In this document: piece by piece, positions 30,083 to 40,682 of the stretch | Layout of the letters: each line of letters begins with the position of its first letter | Position numbering within the stretch: the first letter of the stretch is position 1 | NCBI GenBank assembly: GCA_963556065.3 | Contig: CAUVYH020000004.1 | Span: 36,928-100,927 of the forward strand | Direction: 5' to 3' | Length of the DNA: 64,000 nt | From: Bacteroidales bacterium | Lineage (GTDB): Bacteria; Bacteroidota; Bacteroidia; Bacteroidales; WCHB1-69 | Made by a program: the position numbers and the translations under genes | Notes under the pieces: generated by a model | Told to the model about the DNA's origin: nothing | Database searches by the model: none | The model's input: only the letters and a program-made list of their open reading frames with translations

Positions 30083-32142
30083 TTATTTTACACAGCTCCC
30101 ATTATTTACATCCTTTGTCGGCGACACAAAGCATAATTCTCCATTAGCATTTTCAGCCATTAGGATCATTCCCTGGGATACAATTCCTTTAATCTCGCGC
30201 GGATCCAAATTGACGATCAAACTTACCTTTTGTCCAATGATATTTTCAGGCTCATAATATTCTGCAATTCCGGAAACCACAATGCGCTTATCCAAACCGG
30301 TATCAAGAGTTAACTTGAGTAGCTTTTTAGTTTTAGCAACTTTTTCCGCTTCAATAATAGTAGCCGTACGAATATCTAAAGCGGCAAAGTCATCAAAAAC
30401 AACATTCGGCTTTTGTTCCACTACCGGTGCATGTTCCAGCAGATTGTTTTTCTTGGTTTCCAAAAGCTTGTTTATCTGAGCATCAATTGCCTCATCCTCA
30501 ATCTTGTCGAATAAAAACTCCGCAGGATTTACTTTTTTCCCGGATTTCAGTATATTCAGATTTCCGGCTTCTTTCCAAGTCAATGAAGGCATATTAAGCA
30601 ACTCGCGTAACTTTTTAGAAGTAAACGGCATAAACGGTTCGCTAAGCACTGCCAAATTTGCACATATTTGCAACGCCACGTACATATTCGTCTTTACAAT
30701 CTCGGGATTAACCTTAAACTGTTTCCAGGGTTCGGTTTCCGTTAAATATTTATTTCCTAATCGAGCTAAATCCATAAAATGGTTCAGCGCTTCACGAAAC
30801 CGATATTGCTCGATGCTGCGACCGATCAACTCAGGATATTTAGCCAATTCTGAAGCTACATTTTTTTCCAGATCACCAAATTCACCCGGAGCTGGAATTA
30901 CTCCTTCGTAATACTTTTGAGTAAGCACCACTGCCCTATTCACGAAATTCCCAAAGATGGCCAATAATTCATTATTATTTTTTGCCTGAAAATCTTTCCA
31001 TGTAAAATCGTTATCCTTGCTTTCCGGAGCATTGGTACAAAGTGTATATCTCAACACATCCTGTTTATCCGGAAAATCGACGAGATATTCGTGCAACCAA
31101 ACAGCCCAGTTGCGGGAAGTGGATATTTTATCGCTTTCAAGATTTAGAAATTCATTTGCAGGAACATTGTCGGGCAAAATATAGCTACCGTCTGCATGAA
31201 GCATAGCCGGAAAGATGATGCAGTGAAAAACGATATTATCCTTACCTATAAAGTGAACCAGTTTACTTTCTTTGTCTTTCCACCATTTTTCCCAGTTGGT
31301 ATTTTTCTCCAAAGCCCACTCTTTAGTGGCTGAAATGTAACCGATTGGTGCATCAAACCAAACATAAAGCACTTTTCCTTCGGCACCTTCCACCGGAACT
31401 TTCACACCCCCAATCGAGGTCCCGGGTAACGGCACGAGGTTGTAATCCCTGATCTATCCAGGATTTGCACTGTCCATAGACATTGGGTTTCCAATCGTTT
31501 TTATGACCTTGCCAATATCCATTTTTTAAGCCATGGTTCATAGTCTTCGAGAGGCAAAAACCAGTGTTTGGTTTCTTTTCGTATGGGATCACTCCCACTC
31601 AAGGTTGATTTCGGATTGATTAAATCGGTAGCATTCAATGTGGTTCCGCAAGCTTCGCACTGATCTCCATAAGCCCTCTCATTGCCACAATGAGGACAAG
31701 TTCCCGTAATATATCTATCGGCTAAAAACTGCTTTACCTCATCATCATAATATTGCTCGGTAGTCTTTTCAATAAAAGCATTTTTCTTATATAAAATCTC
31801 GAAGAACTCGGATGCTGTTTGATGATGCATTGGATTAGAAGTTCGGGAATAGATATCGAAAGATATCCCAAATTTTTCGAATGATTTTTTTATAATTCCA
31901 TGATATTTATCCACCACCTGCTGCGGTGTAATCCCCTCTTTGCGAGCTTTTATAGTAATAGGCACACCGTGTTCGTCGGAACCACCGATAAACAGCACAT
32001 CTTCACCCATCATACGGAGATAACGGGCATAAATATCGGCAGGAACATAAACTCCTGCTAAATGTCCGATATGAATTGGTCCGTTGGCATAAGGTAATGC
32101 CGATGTAATGGTGTAGCGCGTGCGTTTTTCAGTGTAAGCCAT
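30083..32142 (-). pseudogene. metG: methionine--tRNA ligase, two frameshifts (C5 run 31407-31411 and near 31509)
   Basis: HIGH (PIHIGHLAG), Zn knuckle CPHCG..CEACG, KMSKS-like KISTSRN, C-terminal tRNA-binding domain. Three ORFs in three frames abut. The span is 2060 nt. Confidence 0.9.
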
Positions 32143-32467
32143 GTTGTAATTTTTTAGCGTTTATGAATTAATTGGCAAAATTACAACTTTTTTTATTTAA
32201 AATATTTATGGATCTAATCGGATTCCGGATTTAATCTTGAAAATGTCATATTCACAATTTCATCATGCCCTGCTTGGCTAACATGAATTCCATTTTCAAA
32301 AAACATAGACTGATTATTTGTCGTCTTTTTAAGTTACAAAAACGCACTCAAAAGTGACTATTAATGGGGAAATTACATTTTCCACAAAACCATGGACAGA
32401 TATAATCAAACTTTACGATTTGAAAGAGTCAAGATTATCGTCTATAAATAGGACTTAAACCGAAATA

Positions 32468-32955
32468 TTACTTCAGATGCTTTTTTATGGGAACAATATA
32501 GAGAGGCACATGGGTATTTTTCAGAACTTTTTCGGTAACACTCCCTAAAAGCATTTCTTCTACCCATCCTCGGCTATGAGACCCCATGACAATGATATCT
32601 GCATGTAATTCACTAGCAGTTTCCAAAATTTTTCCGGCAAATTTCCCTTCCTTCACCATGACCTCAATACGGTCGTCTCCCAGGTAATATTTCATTTTTT
32701 CCAAAAAATGAGTGGTCGCTTTTTTCAACCCGCCCTCTGTTGTCATTTTCAACACGTCCTCATTATCGAAGCCCAAAAATCCGACAATTGGCGAATATTC
32801 AATAGCTGAATAATAGGTTTCGTCAGCAATAACATGCAATAATGTAACTTCAGCTTTCATCATCTTTGCTAACAAGAACCCTTGTTCAGCCACTTCTTTT
32901 GACGTTGGATCGTAATCCAATGCAATCAATATTTTATTTAAGCTTTTTGTTTCAT
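32468..32955 (-). pseudogene. universal stress protein (UspA family), N-terminal frameshift
   Basis: ALDYDPTS..., VMGSHSRG. ATG 32955 (MKQK) is out of frame by 1 nt across the T5 run 32944-32948. Confidence 0.7.
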
Positions 32956-33026
32956 TTTTCTTTAATATTTTAATTATAACCGATTAAACTCATCCCGAAA
33001 CATCTACAGTCAGCCTTCATTTTTTA

Positions 33027-33140
33027 CTAATTTTCTCTTTTCTTTCCCTCGCGTTTTGCTTCTTTGGCGAGTCGCTTTTCTTTTAAAGTTTTAGCGGGTG
33101 CTTTTTTCACAGCCTTTTCAACTACTTTTTCTTTTGACAT
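33027..33140 (-). CDS. possible 37-aa Lys-rich small protein
   Basis: MSKEKVVEKAVKKAPAKTLKEKRLAKEAKREGKKREN. Below the ORF-track cutoff, with no other support. Confidence 0.25.
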   Translation of the reverse strand: MSKEKVVEKAVKKAPAKTLKEKRLAKEAKREGKKREN

Positions 33141-33593
33141 AATTCCTTGTTTTTAGTTGTTTATACATTTATTCTTTTTCTGTAAAAGATTGAATTCTTA
33201 AACAATGATACAACTTTTTTCATTTTTTTACAAATTTCATTTGTTAAATATGGCATTTACACGAATATAATCAAATGGTATTAACCGATTTTTAGGCACC
33301 TTTTAACCTTAAAAATTCAAACAACCTAAAAAACTATTTCTTATAAGAGACAATATTTATGAAAAAAACTCGTATTTGAAAAGAAGATGTCAAATCAGAA
33401 GTTCTAAAAACGATGAAGAAGTGAATGTTACCACACAAATATAAGTATTATAATAATGACTATCAATTACTTACACCCGAATCAATTGATTACATAAAAC
33501 ATATTTTTAATATTTTATTATTTTTACGAATTGAATTATTTTTCATGTCGAAATAAATTATACATTTGCACTAAAATCAAAAAATAAATACTT

Positions 33594-35222
33594 ATGAATA
33601 ATTCAATTTTCAATTTTTCATTACCGGTTAATGAGCCGATTAAATCATATGCCAAGGGTTCTTCCGAACGAGAGGCATTAACCAAAGAAACTAACCCGGA
33701 TGAGTCAGGAGATTATTGATATCCGTTAATTATCGGAGGCAAGGAGATAAGAACAGGAAAGGTTGATAAGATCGTCATGCCCCACAACCACAAACATGTA
33801 ATTGCACATTGCCACCAAGCTACCGAAAAAGAGGTAAATATGGCTATTGAAGCATCACTTGAAGCTCACAAAATTTGGGGAAGTTTTTCATGGGTAGAAC
33901 GCTTATCCGTAACTCTAAAAATTGCAGAATTAATCTCCACAAAGTATCGTTACGTGTTAAATGCAGCCACCATGTTAGGGCAAAGCAAAAATTGCCATCA
34001 AGCAGAAATCGATTCGGCATGTGAAGTCATCGACTTTTTGCGTTTTAATGCCAGCTATGCCACCGCAATATACAACCAACAACCAATATCCGAAAAAGGA
34101 ATTATCAACCGAATCGAGTACCGGCCGTTAGAAGGATTTATCTTGTCGGTAACCCCGTTTAATTTTACCGCTATTGCCTCAAATCTAAATTTAGCACCGG
34201 TCCTCATGGGAAACGTAACCGTTTGGAAGCCTGCTCACACTTCGGTTTATTCCAATTACATTTTAATGCAAATTTTTCATGAAGCAGGGTTGCCCGATGG
34301 TGTTATCAATTTTGTCCCCGGAAAAGGTTCCGTAGTTGGAAACACAGCTTTAGCACACCCGATGCTGGCAGGAATCCATTTTACAGGATCAACAAATACG
34401 TTTAATCACCTTTGGAAATCGGTGGGTGACAATTTGAATAACTATCGTTCGTACCCCAAACTGATTGGTGAAACCGGCGGTAAAGATTTTATCTTCGTTC
34501 TTCCTACGGCAAGTTCACAAGAAGTAGCAACGGCTATGGTCAGAGGTTCATTTGAATACCAAGGCCAAAAATGCTCAGCTGCTTCCAGAGCATATATTCC
34601 TCAATCGCTATGGAAAAGTATTCATTCCTTGCTTATCCCTATGATGGCAGAAATAAAAGTAGGCGATGTAGCAACTTATAGTAATTATGTAAATGCCGTT
34701 ATTGACGAAAAATCGTTTGATAACTGCATGCGATATATCGGTGAAGCAAAAAAATCGGAGGAAGCGGAAATTATTTTTGGAGGAAACGGTGACAAGTCTG
34801 TGGGTTATTTTGTGGAACCAACAATAATTTTAACCACCAACCCTCATTTTATTTCTATGAAAGAGGAAATTTTCGGACCGATCTTGACCATTTATGTTTA
34901 CGAAGATCAAAAGCTCGAAGAAACTCTAAATATTTGCGACACAACTTCTCCTTATGCACTTACAGGAGCTATCTTTTCAAAGGATCGTGTATCTTTACTG
35001 CATGCATCTGAAATTCTTAAATATGCCGCCGGAAATATTTATTACAACGACAAGCCGACCGGTGCCGTAGTAGGGCAACAACCCTTTGGGGGTGCTCGAG
35101 CTTCGGGCACCAACGACAAAGCAGGAAGCCATCTTAATCTGCTCCGCTGGACCAGCCCAAGAACGATTAAAGAGACTTTGACGCCTGCCACCGACTTCAA
35201 ATATCCGTTTATGGAAGATTAA
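33594..35222 (+). pseudogene. pruA: L-glutamate gamma-semialdehyde (P5C) dehydrogenase, two compensating indels near 33689 and 33724
   Basis: ALDH motifs IGETGGKD and QGQKCSAASR. The N-terminal 45 codons from ATG 33594 read MNNSIFNFSLPVNEPIKSYAKGSSEREALTKE, then shift, then rejoin ORF 33777..35222. The span is 1629 nt (543 codons). Confidence 0.85.
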
Positions 35223-35241
35223 AATTCAAAATAACATACAT

Positions 35242-35283
35242 ACAAACCCCGTCGAAGTGTAACACTTAACGGGGTTTGTTATT
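35242..35283 (+). terminator. rho-independent terminator after pruA
   Basis: ACAAACCCCGTcgaagtgtaacacttaACGGGGTTTGTtatt. Confidence 0.65.
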
Positions 35284-35365
35284 ATAATTTCTCTTTTATT
35301 ATAAGCACAAGCATTTTCCCCTTATCAAATTATTTTCTATCTTTGAATAGAAAAATAAATGGGAT

Positions 35366-36273
35366 ATGATGATTACACCTCCAATTTTAAAGCCCGGCGA
35401 TACTATCGGGTTGGTTTCTACTGCCAGAAAAATCACTCCGGAAGAGCTTCAACCGGCAATAGATTGTTTGTCCGATCAAGGGTATAACATAGTGCTGGCA
35501 CCGAATCTGTGCAACCGTTTGAATCAGTTTGCCGGCACCGATTCGCAACGATCGGCCGACTTACAATGGATGATTAACCAACCTGAAGTTAAAGCCATTT
35601 TGTGCACCCGAGGTGGATATGGCACTGTTCGAATCGTTGATTCCGTTGACTTTTCTCCGCTTCTACAGCATCCTAAATGGATATGCGGCTACAGTGATGT
35701 CACCGTGCTTCATGCCCATCTAAATCAATTTGGAATAAAATCGTTGCACTGCACCATGCCGATTAATTTTCCTACGGACGGATCGGTGAATGAATCGGTG
35801 AAAACAATGCTCGGTTTTTTGCAGGGAACGCCCCAATCTTATAATATTCCGGCTCAACTGCTCAACCGTCAGGGTAAGGCCAATGGCGAACTGGTTGGGG
35901 GAAATCTGTCTATTCTTTACAGTATTCAAGGTTCTATCTCTGCTCTGAATACCGAAGGCAAGATCCTTTTTATTGAAGACCTTGATGAATATATCTACCA
36001 CATCGACCGCATGATGATAAATCTGAAACGCAGCGGAAAACTATCGAAACTGACCGGACTTATCGTAGGCGGAATGTCGGACATGCACGACAACACGGTT
36101 CCATTCGGCAAAACGCGCATGAAGAAATTATTCACGACGCTGTTTCCGAGTTTGACTATCCGGTATGCTTTGGCTTCCCAGCCGGACATATCGATCCAAA
36201 TCTGGCCCTGCTCATGGGAGGGAACGTTTCTCTCAATATTTCGGGAAAGGAAAGCACAATTACCTTTAAATAA
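35366..36273 (+). pseudogene. S66 LD-carboxypeptidase, one frameshift near 36117
   Basis: CGYSDVTVLH (Ser nucleophile). After the shift the correct frame reads EEIIHDAVSEFDYPVCFGFPAGHIDPNLALLMGGNVSLNISGKESTITFK and stops at 36273. Confidence 0.8.
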
Positions 36274-36279
36274 TCATCG

Positions 36280-36651
36280 ATGGCAGAACACAATGATTTA
36301 GGACAAGCGGGAGAAGCCCTAGCCGTAGCCGAACTCCGCAGACTGGGGTATGATATTCTACATACCAATTGGCGATTTGGAAAAGACGAGGTCGATATTA
36401 TCGCCAAAGAAAAACGACATGATTGTGTTTGCCGAGGTAAAGACCCGGCAGACTAACTACTTCGGCGAACCGGAGACATTCGTGACTCGAAAAAAACGAA
36501 CAATTTCTTTATTCGGGCAGCCAACAACTTCGCAGTCAAGTTCGATATCAATAATGAATTTCGGTTTGATATTATTTCGGTACTTTATAATTCGAAACAG
36601 CAGGAGGTGAAAGTTATCGCGGACGCTTTTTCAACCGGGAATGTGAAATGA
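36280..36651 (+). pseudogene. YraN family (UPF0102) endonuclease, two indels near 36415 and 36515
   Basis: MAEHNDLGQAGEALAVAELRRLGYDILHTNWRFGKDEVDIIAKEK / DMIVFAEVKTRQTNYFGEPETFVTRKK / RAANNFAVKFDINNEFRFDIISVLYNSKQQEVKVIADAF. Confidence 0.7.
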
Positions 36652-36809
36652 GGGAAAAGTCGAAAGGGGAAAAGTTGAAAGGAATAAAGTTGATGAATTG
36701 ATAGGTTTATCGCATAGCGCAAAGGATCTCCTTATCAACTTATACCCCACTACAATTGAGCATAAATTACATAATGGTTGATTGGTTGATGAGTTGAGAA
36801 GTTTATCGC

Positions 36810-36899
36810 GTCCCGAATTTTAAATCCGCCTATTGACGGATTGCAAAAATTCGTGGATCCACGAAAAACAACGGAATCGGAGATTCCTGTTTTTCGGGA
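36810..36899 (+). repeat. nested-palindrome element, copy 1 (core TTCGTGGATCCACGAA 36850-36865)
   Basis: gtcccgaatttt...ttcgtggatccacgaa...aatcggagattcctgtttttcggga. Embedded in longer GTTGAT/GTTTAT versus ATAAAC word arms (36650-36955). Confidence 0.8.
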
Positions 36900-36958
36900 A
36901 AGCAAAACGGGTCTCCTTATCAGCTTATAAACTAATAAACATAAAAAACAGCCATTTC

Positions 36959-37555
36959 CTAATTCATCATCGGATTGGTAGGAAAATTAAGCCATACATG
37001 ATGCTCTTCATCCAAAGAGTCAACCATTTCCGCCCATAGCGATTGGTAATCTTCCCGAAAGACTCGTGTGCTATTTATTTCCGTGACCACCCAATCACCT
37101 TCAGAGATTTCTTTTTCGAGTTGGCCTGGTGTCCAGCTGGAATATCCTAAAAACGGACGAATTTTAGATTCATCAAAATCAGTTTTTTTTAAAAACATAG
37201 AAATATCCTCTTCCTTTCCTCCCCAAAACACATTCTTTATAATTTCCTCACTATCAGAGATCACATTATTTAATTGGTGCAAAAAAAAGACCCTATCAAT
37301 AGCCACAGGCCCACCGGAATACAATGGAAGCGGCTTACTGGAGACGGATTTTAAAACATCATTGATATCTACAAAAATCGGTTTATTCAATACCAACCCC
37401 AAAGTTCCTTCTTCCTCGCTGTAATCAATGAGTAAAATCACCGATCTTCGAAAAAAATAATCCTGAATCAGGGGATCTGAAACCAATACCGCCCCAACCG
37501 CTAATTTTTTATTCTTATATTTTATATTAAAGATTTTTCCACTCTCTTTTTTCAT
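36959..37555 (-). CDS. YqgE/AlgH family protein
   Basis: GAVLVSDPLIQDYFFRRSVILL...GLVLNKP...GGPV...GYSSWTPGQLEKEI. Confidence 0.85.
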   Translation of the reverse strand: MKKESGKIFNIKYKNKKLAVGAVLVSDPLIQDYFFRRSVILLIDYSEEEGTLGLVLNKPIFVDINDVLKSVSSKPLPLYSGGPVAIDRVFFLHQLNNVISDSEEIIKNVFWGGKEEDISMFLKKTDFDESKIRPFLGYSSWTPGQLEKEISEGDWVVTEINSTRVFREDYQSLWAEMVDSLDEEHHVWLNFPTNPMMN

Positions 37556-37658
37556 AAACCCTCCATATTAAAAAAACAAACCATTTTTTCCTTAATTTTG
37601 AACTTTAAACGTTACTTCAGGTTAAAATTGTATTCTAATACGCAAACTCACAATTTTT

Positions 37659-39068
37659 ATGATAAACAATTCCAATCAAGAAAAGTTTGATAAATTCAGA
37701 GATAAGTTCAATTGCCTAACATTCGAAAAATTCACTTCAACCCTCACGCCCGATAAGACTCTTGAAGTTATTTTTGAATTTAATATCGACGAAACGATTT
37801 TTTTTAAGCCCACTTTAAAAATTCCATACCGAAAGTTTTATGACTCTTTTTATTATTCAAATGACATCAGCGCCCTCGACTCGATTATTTTTCATATCGG
37901 TATGGTTGAGCTAGTCAGCTATTGGAAGGCTATCTGTCCAAAAAACATAGTCATAAAACCTTTTGCGCTCAATGCATCTCAAATTGATTTTTGGAGAAAA
38001 ATATACTTTAACGGTCTTGGGGAATTTTTTTACACCAACTCCATTAAGACCGATATCGACAAATTTGTTGATATTAATTCCTGCGGATCCAATCAGCTTA
38101 CCATACTCCCGTTATCAAACAGCAATAAGGCTATCATTCCCGTTGGTGGGGGAAAAGATTCCGCTGTAACCCTGTCGTTTGCCCACAAGTTATACGAAGA
38201 GAGCATTCCATTGATTCTCAATCCCCGCGGTGCCACGCTTAGTACCATCGAAGTCGCCGGTTACCACTGTAATGATATCATCGAAATACAACGAACTATT
38301 GACCCCACATTATTAAAACTTAATAGCGAGGGGTATCTGAACGGGCACACTCCGTTTTCGGCATTACTGGCATTTACTACTTTGCTGACCTCAACTTTGG
38401 CGAACATTCCCAATGTATTACTATCCAACGAATCGAGTGCTAATGAAGCCACTGTAATCGGCTCCGAAATAAATCACCAATATTCCAAATCGTTTGAATT
38501 CGAGTCCGATTTCAGAAAATACGTTCACCAGAACCTGTCGCCAAACTTCAACTATTTCAGCTTTTTACGCCCTCTAAGCGAGTTACAGATTGCCGCACTT
38601 TTTTCTAAACTCAAGCCCTATCATCCCATTTTTAAGAGCTGTAATGCCGGAAGTAAAACAGATAGTTGGTGTTGCAACTGTCCAAAATGTCTCTTTACGT
38701 TCACCATTCTTTCGCCATTTATCTCCATGCCCGAATTAGTTTCAATATATGGAGAAAACCTGTTTGAAAAGGAATCATTACTCAAAGATTTAGATGAACT
38801 TGCAGGGTTATCCCCGGTTAAGCCTTTTGAATGCGTGGGAACAACAGAAGAGGTGAATCTGGCTCTCTGGAAAACCATCCAACAACATGATCCCAATCAG
38901 CCGCTACCTTTTTTGCTCGAATATTTCAAGACATCCTCAAAATACAAATCCATTCAAGCCAAGGATTTTAATGCTTTCATCCATAAATACGACAATCAGC
39001 ACTTTTTGACCGAACCGGCATTTAATACTTTAAAAGAGGAAATTCTATGCATATTCTCGAAGAAATAG
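37659..39068 (+). CDS. PP-loop ATP pyrophosphatase-like protein with C-terminal Cys cluster; candidate MurL-type epimerase
   Basis: IIPVGGGKDSAV (SGGxDS-like PP-loop), CNAGSKTDSWCCNCPKC. 22-nt overlap with the downstream Mur ligase. Confidence 0.45.
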   Translation: MINNSNQEKFDKFRDKFNCLTFEKFTSTLTPDKTLEVIFEFNIDETIFFKPTLKIPYRKFYDSFYYSNDISALDSIIFHIGMVELVSYWKAICPKNIVIKPFALNASQIDFWRKIYFNGLGEFFYTNSIKTDIDKFVDINSCGSNQLTILPLSNSNKAIIPVGGGKDSAVTLSFAHKLYEESIPLILNPRGATLSTIEVAGYHCNDIIEIQRTIDPTLLKLNSEGYLNGHTPFSALLAFTTLLTSTLANIPNVLLSNESSANEATVIGSEINHQYSKSFEFESDFRKYVHQNLSPNFNYFSFLRPLSELQIAALFSKLKPYHPIFKSCNAGSKTDSWCCNCPKCLFTFTILSPFISMPELVSIYGENLFEKESLLKDLDELAGLSPVKPFECVGTTEEVNLALWKTIQQHDPNQPLPFLLEYFKTSSKYKSIQAKDFNAFIHKYDNQHFLTEPAFNTLKEEILCIFSKK

Positions 39069-40420
39069 CTCAAAAAAGATGTCTGATCCTCGGATTTGGA
39101 CGTGAAGGAAAATCCACTTACCAATTTCTCCGCAGCAAATTCCCCGATAAAGAACTTACGGTTGCCGACGGAAATCAAAACCTAGATTATTCTGAATATC
39201 AAAATGATCGTAAGTGCAAGTTCATTCTTGGTGTGGAATATCAGAATGCAATTCCACAGTTTGAAGTGATTATTAAAACTCCCGGTATTTCACTTAAAGA
39301 CATCTCCATTAATGAACCGATCAAGATTACTTCGCAAACAGATATTTTTTTACAAATATATGGTAATCAAACCATTGGTATTACTGGAACTAAAGGAAAA
39401 AGTACTACAACTACATTAATTTATCATATTTTAAGTCAATCATTGCCGAGTGTTTTACTTGCAGGAAATATGGGAATTCCCCTTTTCGACATTATTCCAA
39501 AAATAACGTCCGATTCCATTCTTGTTTGTGAATTCTCTTCACATCAACTGGAATATCTAGCTAAATCGCCACATATTTCAATTTTACTGAACCTATTCGA
39601 AGAACATCTCGATCACTATAAAAGCTACCTGCATTATCAAATGGCTAAACTGAATATTGCTTTGCATCAGACCGAAAACGATTATTTCATCTACAACTCC
39701 GATGATCCTACCATTGCTCAACTTTTAAAAGGCAAACAGATTAAAAGCAACCGTGTTCCATTTTCAACCGAACGTGTTATTGAAAGCGGTTTTTACCTGA
39801 GTGATAAGAGAGAACTTATTGACAATTACTTGAAAGTCAATCATCATATTTTAAACTTCGATCATCCATTTCCATTAAAAGGGGCTCACAATCAGAAAAA
39901 TATGATTGTATCAACCCTTGTTTCGCTTTTGTGTAAAGTATCGCCTCATGAAATAGAAAGAGCATTATTGAATTACACTCCATTGCCTCACCGGCTCGAA
40001 TTTATCGGAACTAAAAATGGCATTGACTTTTATAACGACTCCATTTCCACAATTCCACAAGCTACAATTGAAGCACTCAACACGTTGCCGAATACTCAAA
40101 CATTAATTCTCGGAGGCTTCGACCGGGGTATTGATTATTCGATATTAATCGATTATTTAAGAGTCCATCCTGTTCGCAACTTAATATTCACCGGTGCTGC
40201 AGGCACATGCATGATAGACCTTTGGAATCAGAAGCCGGCAGAAAATACGGTTACATTTTTCGAAACCGAATACGATGCCATTGTCCGCATCGCTTTTGAA
40301 GTGACCCAACCGGGAGAAGTCTGCTTATTGAGTCCCGCTGCTTCGAGCTACGATAAATTTAAGAATTTTGAATACAGGGGAAACTACTTTAAAGAATTAA
40401 TCAGGAAGCATAAGAGTTAA
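39047..40420 (+). CDS. MurD-type Mur ligase outside a dcw cluster; candidate MurD2
   Basis: LILGFGREGKS Rossmann motif, GITGTKGKSTTT P-loop, LILGGFDRGIDYS. 457 aa. Confidence 0.75.
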   Translation: MHILEEIAQKRCLILGFGREGKSTYQFLRSKFPDKELTVADGNQNLDYSEYQNDRKCKFILGVEYQNAIPQFEVIIKTPGISLKDISINEPIKITSQTDIFLQIYGNQTIGITGTKGKSTTTTLIYHILSQSLPSVLLAGNMGIPLFDIIPKITSDSILVCEFSSHQLEYLAKSPHISILLNLFEEHLDHYKSYLHYQMAKLNIALHQTENDYFIYNSDDPTIAQLLKGKQIKSNRVPFSTERVIESGFYLSDKRELIDNYLKVNHHILNFDHPFPLKGAHNQKNMIVSTLVSLLCKVSPHEIERALLNYTPLPHRLEFIGTKNGIDFYNDSISTIPQATIEALNTLPNTQTLILGGFDRGIDYSILIDYLRVHPVRNLIFTGAAGTCMIDLWNQKPAENTVTFFETEYDAIVRIAFEVTQPGEVCLLSPAASSYDKFKNFEYRGNYFKELIRKHKS

Positions 40421-40422
40421 GA

Positions 40423-40510
40423 GTCCCGAAAAATAAAAAATCTTCGATTTTTGTCATTTTTCGTGGATCCTCGAAAAACAAGGAAATCGGAGATTTCTGG
40501 TTTTTCGGAA
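40423..40510 (+). repeat. nested-palindrome element, copy 2 (core 40460-40475)
   Basis: gtcccgaaaaataaaaaatcttcgattt...ttcgtggatcctcgaa...aatcggagatttctggtttttcgga. Starts 2 nt after the stop codon. Confidence 0.8.
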
Positions 40511-40682
40511 AAAAGAAAAAACGAAGACTGAGCGAAGCCGAAGGCTGAGTAGTTGAGACTTGAGAACTGTTATATTTTTCGTGAACGGCGAAGTCCCCTG
40601 TGAAAAGAAGAATATAAGAGTTCTGAGTTAAGGATAAGAGGCCAAACTAAAAGTATTCAGAGTTAAGGCAGAAATTCAACAG

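Noticed and set aside
190-32142. Programmed ribosomal frameshifting as the explanation for split rny, glmS and metG.
   Set aside because: No slippery heptamer or stimulatory structure recurs. The breaks are of both signs, occur in many unrelated genes, and sit in homopolymers. An error or decay explanation is simpler.
36850-36865. The GGATCC core of the repeat family as evidence for a BamHI-type R-M target or a cloning artefact.
   Set aside because: The site is embedded in a conserved, larger multi-arm palindrome, present in five diverged copies in native intergenic contexts. The island MTase specificity is unknown, so no link can be claimed.
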